From Octopus sinensis (lineage: Eukaryota), in contig NC_043005.1 in the NCBI RefSeq assembly GCF_006345805.1, positions 5,084,001 through 5,148,000 on the forward strand: a stretch of 64,000 bases of DNA. Direction: 5' to 3'. A program made the translations under genes and the position numbers. This document shows positions 51,203 through 63,800 of the stretch, in pieces. The stretch's first letter is position 1; each line of letters begins with the position of its first letter. The notes beneath the pieces were generated by a model. The model was not told the origin of the DNA, made no database searches, and saw only the letters and a list, made by a program, of their open reading frames with translations.

Positions 51203-52265
51203 TAGCAGAAGACATTTGCCCGAGGTGCAACATGGTGGGACTGAACTCAGGACCATGTGGTTGGGAAGCAAGCTTCTTACTACACTGCCATGCTTGTACT
51301 TGTGTGTGTGTGTGTCGCACGTGTGTATGCGCACGTGTGTATATTGCTTGAATTTAACTATAGGAAGTTTTCCATCTGCTTAAAATTTTCTTAAGGCCTA
51401 GGTATGAGACACATATCGTATATAAACACTTTTAAACAATTCTTGCTTCACTTTTTAATGCTTTAGCTATTTTCTTTGAGCTTTTGCAGTAAGGCCCCGA
51501 CATCTTGAGTTATAAATTCTCAGTTTTTCATTGTTCTGTATTTGTAATCAGGCATTGAATTTCTAGTTGGATGTCAACTCCTTTGATGTTGTCCTGCTCA
51601 ATTTGTGGAAAGAACTGAGCTGTCCAATGTCAGACCATAAATCCATGTCTCCAAAATCATTTTTTAAGAGTTGTTTTACCAGTCCCTACCAGTTTTCTTG
51701 GGAACAAAAGTAGTTTCAAGCCAGCAAAAATCTAAATAATTCTTTCAGTATCTGCTTTGTTATCAGTTGGTAACACATCAAGATATGTTTAGAGACAGTT
51801 ATGTGCAAAGTTTGTCCAACAGCTAAGTCTAGCAAGATCCCTTCCAAATTTAAATTTTAATTGGTTGAATGATTTTCTTTTTTCTTTTTCTTTTCTATTT
51901 TATGCCATCAAAATTTATCCCACAGTTGCCTCCACAGAATCCAACTTTTTCTGTCAACCTGTATTAGTTAATTGAGACCAAGGGAAAAAGCATCCATGCT
52001 GGTGCCATGTAAAATGTACCCAGTACATTCAGCGAAGTGGTTGGCATTTGGAAGGGTATCCAACTATAGAAACCATATCAAAACAGATGACTGTAGCCAG
52101 GTGCAGCTCTCCAGCTTGCTAGTTCCTGTCAAACCGTCCAGCTCATACCAGTGTGGAAAACAGACTTTAAATGATGATGATGATGACAATAATGATGATG
52201 TACATGTGTATATATGTATACATAAGTGTGTGTGTGTGTCTATCCATTTATCTCGCTTTCTCTTG

Positions 52266-52298
<33 letters not shown>

Positions 52299-52575
52299 AA
52301 TTGAGATAGGGGTTGTGAGTGCAACCCACCATGGGATAACATATATCCAATATACTGCCAGTAAAGCACCCAACAAAGTTATGTGAATGGGTATTATCTG
52401 GTAGTTGATTATTGATTAAGGTGTGTTTCTCCATTTTCTTATTTTATATATATATACTCTTTTACTTGTTTCAGTCATTTGACTGCGGCCATGCTGGAGC
52501 GCCGCCTTTAGTCGAGCAAATCGACCCCGGGACTTATTCTTTGTAAGCCCAGTACTTATTCTATCGGTCTTATTC

Positions 52576-52607
<32 letters not shown>

Positions 52608-52715
52608 ATATATATAGATAGATAGATAACATCTACTTTCTATATTTCCTTTTGTTGGAACTATGTATATATGTATGTATGTCTGTGTGTGTGTGTGTGT
52701 GCGCGTGCCTGTTCA

Positions 52716-52777
<62 letters not shown>

Positions 52778-53249
52778 TACATGTGTGTGCATGTGTATAT
52801 TTATCTGTATGTACATGTAAGTATGTATGTACACACACACACATATAGGTTCATTTCATTGGCCTGAAAATGAGAAATGTTAGGATAATGTACAGAGAAA
52901 GTAATATGAATTGGAGAAAGGGAGGGAGTCCTGGATTGACTACTATCAAATGTAAACAGACTGATGTTAATTACTGTGGGTGGCTTGGGTGTCAACTGGG
53001 GGTTGGGCTATGGTGTAGTATTGGTGATGGTGTAGTGGTGGTGACGTTGTAGGGGGATGTAGATGGGAGGGGGCGGCTGTTTGAGGTGGAGGAAGTGGCG
53101 TAAGGATTTGTTAAGTCAGCTATAAAACTTAAATTATAACAATAGATGAACTTAGTAAAAGAGATTTTCTATAACAAATGCACCCATACACACACACACA
53201 CACATATATGCTTTCAGGCACACATATGCCCATATATCTATATATATAT

Positions 53250-53597
53250 ATGCCAGCGCCGCCCCGACTGGCTCCTGTGCCGGTGGCACATAAAAAGACC
53301 ATCCGAACGTTGCGAGCGCCGCCTTGGCTGGCTTCCGTGCCGCTGGCATGTTGAAAGAGCTCCAACCGATCGTGACCGATGCCGGACCCCCCTGGCACCT
53401 GTGCAGGTGGCACGTAAAAAGCACCCACTACACTCGCGGAGTGGTTGGCGTTAGGAAGGGCATCCAGCCGTAGAAACTCTGCCAGATCAGACTGGAGCCT
53501 GGAGCAGCCCCTGGCTTCCCAGACCCCGGTCGAACTGTCCAACCCGTGCTAGCGCGGAAAACGGACGTTAAACGATGATGATGATGATGATGATGAT
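53250..53597 (+). mobile_element. Young CpG-rich RTE-tail repeat
   Basis: Three internal units, intact tail GCGGAAAACGGACGTTAAAC(GAT)n, flanked by (TA)n. Confidence 0.9.
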
Positions 53598-54244
53598 ATA
53601 TATCTAAACAAACTTTGGAAGCTTTGAATGTGTTTGGTATTTTCCAAACAAAAGGAATTAGCTATACTGTTTGATATTTACTTTCTTGCCTGTAAGAGAT
53701 ATACGCACACACACATGTATACACCCCCCACATACACACATGCATATATACATCTGTCTCTTTAATCCACTTCTCTCTCTCTCTCTCTTATATATACATT
53801 ATTGACATCCACTTTCCATACTGGCATGGGTTGGACAATTTGACAGGATCTGGCATAGTTTCTATGGCTGGATACCCTTCCTAATGTTAATTACTTTACA
53901 GAGTGTTCTGGGTGTTTTTTTATGTCCTTGAAGGGTTTTAGTTGAACAAATTACTGTTTTTTTTACAAGTCTGGTACCTAGTCTATCACTCTTTAGCTAA
54001 ACTGCTGAGTTATGATGTCATAAACAAACCAACCCTGGCTGGCATGGGACAAAACACACACACACACACATATCATTTTCCTTAAGGGCATTCTAATTCT
54101 TGAGATTATCCCCCCCTTCTCATATGGAGATAGTTTTGGTTGCCATTTGGTGATTATGAAACATCCTCTAGTGGCAAAGATAATTTTAATAAATGAAAAA
54201 TTTGTTACATTTTATTTGATAAAATTCTTTTTCTCTCTCTTTCT

Positions 54245-54750
54245 ATATCATCATCATCATCGTCGTCGTCACTTAGTGTCTGTCTTCCATGCATAGGTAG
54301 GTTGGTTGACTGGAGCCACCAGGTAGAAGTCTTCACCAGGCTACTGTGTCTGTTTTGGCATGGTTTTTATGGCTGGATGTCTTCTTTCCTAAGACCAACC
54401 ACTCCACAGAGTGGACTCAGTGCTTTCTACATGGCACTGGCAAGATTAGTTTTAGCATGATTTTTACAGCTGGATGCCCTTCCAAATGCCAACCACTTTA
54501 CAATGTGGACTGGATGCTTTTTATGTGGCACCAATACAGGCAGGGTTCCCAAGTAACTTGCAAGACAAGGAATTTTGAGAGAGGCAGAGGCATTTGAGGA
54601 GGTGATCTTGTATCAAATGATGAAAGGTTAGAATGTGACAGAAAGGCAGAAAGGCAAAAACGTGTGTCTTGCTATAAAGGAAGTACATGGTTACCCGGCC
54701 AACGAGAGGGAGAGAGATTGAGAGGAAGAGGGAGAAAGAGGGGGAATCTT
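54245..54750 (-). mobile_element. RTE 3' UTR fragment, long variant
   Basis: Reverse complement of 3660-4068 with duplicated GGATG..CCTTCC..AACCAC module. Confidence 0.75.
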
Positions 54751-55069
54751 AGTCCTGATATGAGTACTTAAACAAACCAACACTGGTAGCCAAGCAGTCT
54801 ATATATATATATAGACATAATTCGTGACACAGTTCCATATACTATGCACTTTTGAAAATCTAATGTGAAATCAGTCAAGTGTTTTACGATATTTTAAAAT
54901 AGGATTAAATTCTAATTAATACTAATATATTCTCTGTGCAATTTCAGTTTCATTTCTCATATCTTTTATCTTTTACTTGTTTCAGTCATTTGACTGCAGC
55001 CAAGCTGGGGCACCATCTTGAAGGTTTTTAGTTGAACATACATATTATATAGCATTTTTTCGATGGCCC

Positions 55070-55130
55070 GATAACTTAAGAGATGCCAGCGTGGGTTTCC
55101 GCCCTGACAGCCGAAACTCAGAGTTTTATC
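55070..55130 (+). ncRNA. Degenerate hammerhead motif
   Basis: GATAA-CTTAAGA-[imperfect stem II]-GAAA-CTCaGAG-TT-TTATC; core G5 changed to T. Confidence 0.5.
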
Positions 55131-55220
55131 ATGGCTATGGAATAATTATCACATATTATAGTTACATATCTATCTATCTATCTATCTATATATATATATA
55201 CAGGTTCGAAATTTACCCAA

Positions 55221-55266
55221 GACACCTGATGAAGGCTAGAGGGTATATCAGCTGAAGCATTGTGTT
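55221..55266 (+). ncRNA. Degenerate minimal hammerhead motif
   Basis: GACAC-CTGATGA-AGGCT..AGCT-GAAG-CATT-GTGTT; GAAA changed to GAAG. Confidence 0.5.
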
Positions 55267-55320
55267 AAAAACAAACAAGATGAGGACAAATATCTGTCAA
55301 ATGTAAATAATGTATATATA

Positions 55321-56531
55321 CAGGGGTTGGACAAAATAATGGAAACACCTAACATCATAGCATCATAATTTTGAAATGTCTATAAATCTGCCAAAAGCTT
55401 GTTTATTTTTATGTTTTTTACTTTATTATTAGTGTTAATTAATACGTTTTGCTAAAATTACTGTTTCTTTTTACATATCATCAGAGAAAGGTAATTAAAA
55501 ATCATTAAAATGACAGATCTATTTGACTTTCAAAGAGGTCAAATTGTTGGTGCTTGTATGGCAGGTGCTAGCATAACAAAAACAGCTGAAATATTTGGTG
55601 TATCAAGAAGTACTGTCTTGAAAGTAATGACAGCCTTTGAGAAAGAGGGAAAAACTTCCTCGTTGAAACAAAACTCTGAAAGAAAACCAAAACTTTCAGA
55701 TAGGGACCGTCAGACTCTTATGCGAATTGTTAGAAAGGATCACCACGAGAACCCAGTTTCCACAAAAACTGTTTGCCGGGAGCTGCAGAAAGCTGGATTT
55801 CACAGGAGGGCTGCAATCAGAAAACCACTATTTTCAAAAACAAATGTTGCAAAGTGTTTAGAGTGGAGTAAAACCCTACAAAATTGGTCCCTAGAGCAGT
55901 GGAGAAATGTTATTTTCTTGGATAAGTAATCCTTTACCTAATTTCCGACCACCGGCCGAGTATGTGTGTGGAGACAGCCAAAAGAAGCATTTGACTCAGA
56001 CTGCCCTCTTCCAACTGTTAAACATGGAGGAGGATCTGTGATGATCGGGGGGGGGGTGTCTATATCTTGGAAATCCCCTGGCCCAATGGTTTCCCTTCAT
56101 GGCAGAATTAATAGTCAGGCCTATTTAAGCATTTTATCTGATCAAATTCATTCTATGGTTGTGGAACTGTTTTCGGAGGGAAACAATCTTTCAGGATAAT
56201 AATGCACTAATTCACGCAGCTAAAGTTGTTACTGAATGGTGTGAAGAACATTCTAGTGAAGTTGAACATCTTATCTGCCACCACAGTCCCCAGATCTCAA
56301 TATTATCGAACATTTATGGTTCATTTTAAACAAGTAAGGAGTCACTACAATAACTGGAGACTGTTTTAGCTGAAGAATGAAGAAAAATTCCTTTGGAAAC
56401 AATTCAAACTTTGTACGAGTCCATACCTCGTAGAATTCAAGCTGTAATTATTGCCAAAGGTGGTCCTGCCCCATATTAAAATAAATTTGTTTGAAATTGT
56501 AAGGTGTTTCCATTATTTTGTCCAACCCTTG
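55321..56531 (+). mobile_element. Tc1-family transposon, both TIRs, transposase pseudogene
   Basis: 30-bp TIR CAGGGGTTGGACAAAATAATGGAAACACCT (1 mismatch), TA flanks; HTH ORF 55510-55929 (FQRGQIVGA..FGVSRSTV..RAAIRKPL), PTVKHGGGSVMI, PQSPDLNIIEHLW. Confidence 0.93.
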
Positions 56532-56541
56532 TATATATATA

Positions 56542-57821
56542 TCAGGTCATTATGAATGAAATGGCTGATTTTCTTATGCACCAAGTTTGATAATCGTTAA
56601 CGCTAATGTTTTATCTAGACAATTCTTTGTTCTGCAATGTTGAAAAGTTACATCATCAGTTTTTGAAATGCAATTCATGGAGTCTGATTATATTGTGAGT
56701 TTTCTCTTGTAAATCAATTTTTGTGAACCCATGGATTGATAAAAAGTTTGTGTTTATGAATATGAGTTCCATCGTGGAACCAATATATCCCAGACAGCTT
56801 GAAACATCAATGAGGTGTTTGGTGAAGATGTGGCAAATGAGTGCACTGTACATTGATAGTTTGAGAAGTTCTGGTCGGGTAACTTTATTCTTGAAAATCA
56901 GCCCCGTGGTAGACTTTAGATCAAGGTGGGTAATAATGAGCTGGAAACTGTAGTGAAGTGGATACATCTTAAACTATGCATGAGTTAGCAGCAAGGTTCG
57001 ATGTTTCAATTCCAACTGTATTGGACCATCTGAAACAAATCAGCAAGATAAAGAAGCTGGAAAAGTGGGTATCACGCAAACTGAATGAGCCTCAAATGAC
57101 ACATCATCTTGAAACTTGCTTTTCTTTGCTGTCGTGGCATAAAAGTGAACCATTTTTGCATTGTATTATTACATGTGATGAAAAATAGATTCTTTTCAAC
57201 AATAGCAAGTATTCTGCATGGTGGTTGGATGAGGAAGTGCCAAAACACAATCCAAAAAGGAATATTCACCAAAAAAGCTAATGGTGTCCATTTGGTGGTC
57301 CAGCGCTTGTGTCATCCACTACAGTTTCATGGAACCTGGTAAGTCAGTTACAGTGGATGTTATACATCAACCAATTGGATGAAATGATGAGTGAAGTTGG
57401 AATCAAACAACCAAGACTGGTCAGTAGAGACAGACCAATTCTCTTGCAAGACAATGCTTGACCACATGTTGCACAAAGAACACTACTCAAGTTACAGGAA
57501 CTGAACTTGAACGTACTCTGTCATCCACCATATTCACCAGACCTTGCACCAACTGACTATCACGTTTTCCAGGCATTAGACAACTTTTTCCGAGGGGAAA
57601 AAACTTCAAATCTGATGAAGATGCCAAAACAGCCTTTCATGATTTCATCACCTCTTGCTCTCCAGAATTCTTCACTGGTGCCATAAATAAGCTACCAATA
57701 AAATGGCAAAATTGTGTTGATGATTTAGGTGCATACTTTGATTAACTGCATTGCTTTTTATTGAGATAAAGTAAAATAAACTTTCTGTTCAAAATCGGAC
57801 ACTTCATTCTCAATGACCTGA
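56542..57821 (+). mobile_element. mariner element, both TIRs, transposase pseudogene
   Basis: TIR TCAGGTCATT / AATGACCTGA; KWVSRKL, IITCDEK, LLQDNA, HPPYSPDLAPTDYH. Confidence 0.9.
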
Positions 57822-58264
57822 TGTATATCTTGTATGGAACTGGAGAGTTACATGGGAGTGATGATCATTAAGATAAACCTTCCTTGTTAATGAGGTTGAT
57901 ATAGTGGTGACATACATCCTTCATTACTGTAATGATATCAGTCATTAGTAGGTTAATATCTGCTGTAATTAGCATACTTGATTCTTCTCATGACAATGTG
58001 TCAGCTATGAAAATCCTGTTGTGTAAGTAAACTAACCTTTGTAATAAAATGCTGACTTGCCTATTCAGAAACCAAATTTGTCATCTTTAATAACATCCAG
58101 GTTCTCTACTTTCAAAGATACAAACACACCACTTCAATCTTCTTATAAGGTTTACCATTTTCTCCAATATATATACTTCATATAAGACTTTCTGGACAGA
58201 ATATGCTTATATCCACAGGAAATATTGTATTGTGGTATCTGAAAGTTTGATCAAACATATGTAT

Positions 58265-59010
58265 TAGATCATACCATAAATAATGCAGTTTTTTTTACAT
58301 TTCTTTTATTTTTCAAAATTAAGATAAACAAAGTTCTTTTTTAATCTAAAATATACTCTCCTTCATTTTCTACAATGCTCTTCCATCTATCTGGTAGACT
58401 TGCAAGGCCCATCTTCCAAAAATCACTTGTCTGTGACAAAAAGAAAAATACTCTTTCAGTACTGTTCTGACCTTGTCTACAGAATTCATATTTTTTCCAT
58501 TCAAATGATTTTGAAGACTGTGGAATAAATGATAATCAGAGTGGGGAATGTCTGACGAATATGGTGGGTGAGGCATCACTTCCCATTCAAACTGCTCCAG
58601 CCTTTGGAATGTTATCCTTGCTGTATGTGGCAAAGCATTATTCTGATGGAATAACACCTTTTGTTTTGAAACCAAAGGTGGTCATTTTCTGATGGCACGT
58701 AGGTGTTGATGAATGGTTGAATGACCAAATCCAAGCTTCTCTGCTAGTTCCTCAACAGTTACAATACGATTTTGTTTTGCCAGGATTTGCAGGATGTCCT
58801 CAAAATATTTTCATCGCTTTGAAACCACGACCTGTTCACTGACAAAATTTTGTGCTGCATCTCAGTGAACAGATCATGGTTTCAAAGCGCTGAAAATATT
58901 TTGACACAAATTAAATTTAAATGTTGAAGTGAATCTAATGGGGTTTCTTTGTTTCTTTTTAAATGGCTTATAAACACCTTCCACATTGCAATTGTTTTTG
59001 TTTCAGCACA
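58265..59010 (-). mobile_element. mariner transposase relic, rearranged
   Basis: ORF 58370-58675: VLFHQNNALPHTA..WEVMPHPPYSSDIPHSDYHLFHSLQNHL. Confidence 0.85.
58800..58904. repeat. 43-bp inverted repeat with 19-nt loop
   Basis: 58800-58842 vs 58862-58904, 3 mismatches. Confidence 0.9.
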
Positions 59011-59122
59011 TGATATCAGATCAAGTCACTTACTATGCAAGTACATCTCCATAATATATATATATAAAATCTAAAGGATTCATACCTGCTGACTAATGGA
59101 CTCCAGAAACGGTTGATGAATT

Positions 59123-59352
59123 GCGAGCTGGCAGAAACGTTAGCACGCCGGGTGAAATGCGTAACCGTATTTCGTCTGCCGCTACGATCTGAGTTCAAAT
59201 TCCGCCGAGGTCGACTTTGCCTTTCATCCTTTCGGGGTCGATTAAATAAGTACCAGTTACACACTGGGGTCGATATAATCGACTTAAACCGTTTGTCTGT
59301 GCATGTTTGTCCTCTCTGTGTTTAGCCCCTTGTGGGTAGTAAAGAAATAGGG
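59123..59352 (+). mobile_element. Young full-length SINE family B with TSD
   Basis: CpG-rich; B-box GAGTTCAAATTCC; central GCCTTTCATCCTTTCGGGGTCGA..AAGTACCAG resembles the MetaSINE domain; direct repeat TGATGAATTGC at 59114-59124 and 59353-59363. Confidence 0.9.
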
Positions 59353-59474
59353 TGATGAATTGCTTCATATTGACATTATAACCCTCTATAAAATATTTCT
59401 TTGGAACTCTTCTGAGCTTTTAAATCCATAATTAAGATTTCTCACTACTACCGATGTATCTTATAACTTTTAAT

Positions 59475-59742
59475 CCGTGGCCGTTGCCAGTGCCGCCTCG
59501 ACTGGCCTCCATGCCGGTGGCACGTAAAAAGCACCAACTGATCGTGGCCGTTGCCAGCCTCGCCTGGCACGTAAAAAGCACCCACTACACTCACAGAGTG
59601 GTTGGTGCTAGGAAGGGCATCCAGCTGTAGAAACACTGCCAGATCAGACTGGGCCTGGTGCAGCCTCCTGGCTTACCAGACCCCGGTCGAACTGTCCAAC
59701 CCATGCTAACATGGAAAGCGGACGTTAAACGATGATGATGAT
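59475..59742 (+). mobile_element. RTE-tail repeat (family C)
   Basis: GGCACGTAAAAAGCACC x2, tail, (GAT)n. Confidence 0.9.
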
Positions 59743-59859
59743 AATTTCAGTGTCTTTTAACCTTAAATTTAATATTATTTTTAATTGATATACCAACCTT
59801 TAATTATTTACCCTTTTAATGTACATTTTTACCTCCTATAACTCTTATTTCTTTCTAAA

Positions 59860-60200
59860 TAGTGTGGTAAATAGCTTACTTACCAACCACATGGTTCTGG
59901 GTTCAGTCCCACTGCATGGCACCTTGGGCAAGTGTCTTCTACTATAGCCTTGGGCCCACCAAAGCCTTGTGAGTAGATTTGTATATATATGTGTGTGTGT
60001 GTGTTTGTGGTTGTCCCCCCAACATCGCTTGACAACCAATGGTGGTGTGTTTATGTTCCCGTAACTTAACAGTTCGTCAAAAGAGACCAATAGAATAAGT
60101 ACTAGGCTTACAAAGGATAAGTCCTGGGGTCAATTTGCTCGACTAAAGGTGGTTCACCAGTATGGCTGCAGTCAAATGATTGAAACAAGTAAAAGAGTAA
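59860..60200 (+). mobile_element. SINE family A
   Basis: Head to tail match with 5292-5690. Confidence 0.85.
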
Positions 60201-60340
60201 AGAGAGAGAGATATGTTCCTTGTCTTCATGTAATTTTATGTTGTATCTATGTATGTATTTATGTATTTATTATGTTGATGTAAATCATAAATATAAAATG
60301 AGTATCTAAATTTTTGTCTCTTCTCATACCAAGTTATATA

Positions 60341-60371
<31 letters not shown>

Positions 60372-60879
60372 TGTATGTATACAAACACACACATACACTA
60401 AATCTTTTTTTTTATGCTCTATCGATTTTGTCACAATAATATTGATTTCTATCTAAGGCAACCACGCATTTTTGTTTAAATCAACCTTAGTAATTGAAGC
60501 TTGTATGATTCCCTTGACTTTAGAAAAAAGAAAAGTGTAATTGAATCCTGGTCTGATTTGAACTCAGAACATACAGAACAACTAAATACCCTAAACTATT
60601 TTGTACTGCTTTTTAACAATTCTGTGTAGCAACATGGATAATGTCGTAAAATACAGTTCTTTGTATTTCCAATTATTTTCAAAAGATATGAAATATTAAA
60701 ATGTCATATTAAGATATAATCTCTATAAACATTTTAGAAGAAATTATTAAAAATGAAAATGATTAAAAAATAGTTTCATCTCTAAGATTGAAAATACATA
60801 GACAGAACCTTCATTCCCTTCTAAAATGTGAATAGTTGGGTTGTTCCTTTTCAGCATGAAACTTGTTCGGCAGTCTTTT

Positions 60880-61440
60880 GAAGGAAGTATATGAAAAGTG
60901 AAAGTATTTGCTTGGCAATGTCTGTAAATTTTTTTGTTGAATTTTTTTCAGCTGAATTGTTTATGTATTCTTTTGTATGTGACATGTAAAAAGCACAGAT
61001 GCCAGCGCTGCCTGACTGGCGTGCGTGTCAGTGACACGTAAAAGCACCAACTGATCGTGCCCATTTGCCAGCCTGCTCTAGCCCTTGTGCTGGTGGCACG
61101 TAAAAAACACCCACTACACTCAAGGAGTGGTTGGTGCTAGGAAGGGCAGCCAGCTGTAGAGACACTGCTAGATCAGACTGAAGCCTGGTGCAGCCTCCAT
61201 TGCTTACCAAACCTCGGTCAAACCATCCAACCCATGCTAGCAAGGAAAACGGACATTAAATGATGATGATGATGTATGTATGTGTTTATGTGTAGGTATA
61301 TTTGTGTATGTATGTATTAGCACATACATACACAAAAAATTCATAAATGTGATTCAGCTGAAAAAAAAAATTTAAGAAATGAAATTTTTTTAAAGAAATT
61401 GTCAAAGAAATACTTTCACTTGTCATATACTTTCTCTGAA
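60880..61440. mobile_element. Old fold-back/MITE-like element with ~105-bp inverted arms, split by an RTE-tail insertion (60980-61275)
   Basis: AAGTATATGAAAAGTGAAAGTATTT..TTTTCAGCTGAAT (left) vs ATTCAGCTGAAAA..AAATACTTTCACTTGTCATATACTT (right). Confidence 0.7.
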
Positions 61441-62220
61441 GTTATATGACACCTGTTCTCCTCCCCCTCTCTCTCTCATACTCTATCCTTTTCCTCTCCT
61501 TATTCCCCTAGCATAAAGTTTCCTCTACCCTCCCAGATTTTATAGTCTTGAAAGTTGTACTGTGACTTCACTAAAGCTGATGGGTGAAAAGAAACATCTA
61601 AAAGTTGTTGGCATTAGGAAGGACATCCAGCTGTAGAAGCCGTGCCAAAGCAGACACAGGAACATGATGCAGTCCTTGATCCCATCAGATCGTGTCAAAC
61701 CATCCAGCCTATGCCAGCATGGAACAGGGACATTAAATGATGATGATGATGATGATGATTTGTGTATCAATTTCTGCTGAAGCAAGGAACAATCACGTTT
61801 GTTCCAGATGCAAACCTAGTTTATTGCTTACATGCATCATAATAGCCATTTGGAGAAGTTTAAAGGATGCTCTTTTGAATCCTTTTTAGTGTTTTGTAAG
61901 TGGAAAAAATGGTGACAATATGAAGATTAGCATGACTGGCTTAAAGAATTCCTGCTGATGTTTATAAAAGAACATTTACCATACTTAATGTTGCGGAAAA
62001 GACAGATTTTCTATGTGTGTTACTTCCAAATGAGACAATAGCTTTTAAAATGGTGACATATGCCAGTGTGCGTGTGTGTATGTTTCTGTGTCTGTGTGTG
62101 TTTGTGTCTGTGTCAGTGTGTGCATGTTTGTGTGTACATGCACATGCATGTTTGTGTGTGTGTGTGTGTGCATGTGTGTTTGTGTGTATGTGAGTGTGTG
62201 TATGTGTGTGTGTGTGTGTG

Positions 62221-62262
<42 letters not shown>

Positions 62263-62629
62263 CACGTGGTTCCAGTGATAATAGTTTTGTACAAAAAGTA
62301 CTAGAGATTTCCAAGTTATTTAAATTGATCCCATCAGTGCCACCATCACGGCATCACGAATAACACCACCATCATTCTAACCACAATCAACACTGTTACC
62401 ACTGCTGCCACCACCAACATCATTATCATCCTCACAACCACCACCACTAAAAACTACCAGATTAACTACAAATGTTTAGAGTTTAATTCTCATATAACGT
62501 TTCAGAATGAACCTGCATTCACCACATAACTTATGATTGCTTGAAGAGGGTTGTGTATCTACTTCAATCTTTGGAATTATATTCCCTCTTGAACAACTGA
62601 TATCCTCATAAATTACATCATTCCCTTAT

Positions 62630-62915
62630 GGAAATGGGTTACCACGTTAAGTGTTCCAGTTGACTGGATCAACAGAACAGCCTGCTTGTGAAGTTAATGT
62701 GCAAATGGCTGAGCACTCTTAGCATAGTTCTCAGGGAAATTCAACATGACCCAGGATGTGACAATGCTGGTCCTTTGAATTATAGGTACACTTCACTTTT
62801 GCCAGTTAAGTAGACTGGAGCAACAAGAAATAAAGTGTCTTGCTCAAGGACACAACATGCTCCAGGAATTGAACTTGTGATCTTACAATTGTGAGCTGAA
62901 TGCTTTAACTACTTA
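62630..62915 (-). mobile_element. tRNA-derived SINE, further family
   Basis: Minus strand: GTTCAATTCC B-box followed by TGTCCTTGAGCAAGACACTTTA and GCTCCAGTCTACT. Confidence 0.65.
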
Positions 62916-63029
62916 ATTCCCTTATGCACATCAATTGCAAGGAGTACATAAATACACAAATATTTCATAGATTGCAGTTTCAATACCAACCATCTTCAAC
63001 TCGAGAACAACAACATCATCATTATTTAA

Positions 63030-63251
63030 CCCTTTCGATTCCAACCCAGCTGAAACTGCTTCTGGATCTGTAGTACAAATGTCTTGTTTTCAAAAGTTCT
63101 GAATTAAAATCTTCCACCAAACCTTAGTCACAATTTATGTTCCTAACACTAGCTTAATGATAACTAAGGTATTTTACTGAATTCTTTGTTACATTTAAAA
63201 TTAATTGAAAGAAACACAGAGCACCTCAACAGAAATATGGTAACAAAAGGG
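63030..63251. mobile_element. piggyBac-type MITE with TTAA TSD
   Basis: TTAA-CCCTTTCGATTCCA..TGGTAACAAAAGGG-TTAA; splits the CATCAT..TTAATGTCTG tail of a family-C repeat. Confidence 0.85.
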
Positions 63252-63429
63252 TTAATGTCTGCTTTCCATGCTGACATGGGTTGGATGGTTTGACAGGATC
63301 TGGTTAGCCATAGGGCCGCATTTGAGAAATTACCAGCCTGACTTCTCTCTCTCAATCCTGTAACAACATCTTTTATCTTCGACTTAATAATTTTATGCCT
63401 TTTTTTCTAAGGTTTAGTCAAATTAGATG

Positions 63430-63800
63430 CATGTGTAGCTGTGTGAATAATAAAATCACTTCTGAACCTCGTGGTCTTGGGTTCAGTCTTTATGTACAAT
63501 ACCTTGGGTGAGTATTTTCTACTCTGCTCCTGGGCTAACCAAAGCCATGTGAGTAGATTTGGTAGATGGAAACTGAAAAGAAACCCATTGTGTGTGTGTG
63601 TGTGTGTCTTTGGTCCCTTTGCAATTGCTTGACAACTGGTGTTGATTAGTTTATGTCCTTTTAATTAATTAACGGTTTAATTAAAAGAGACTGATAGAAT
63701 AATTACCATATTTACAAATAAGTACTGGGTTTGATTTGTTTGACTTAATCCCAGTATGGTCTCAGTCCAACGACTGAAACAAGTAAAAGATAAAAGATAA
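63430..63800 (+). mobile_element. SINE family A, degraded full length
   Basis: Head, core, (TG)n and tail CTGAAACAAGTAAAAGATAAAAG. Confidence 0.8.

Noticed and set aside
57608-57635. CTGATGA hammerhead-like box
   Set aside because: Part of mariner coding sequence (KSDEDAK); no GAAA or stems
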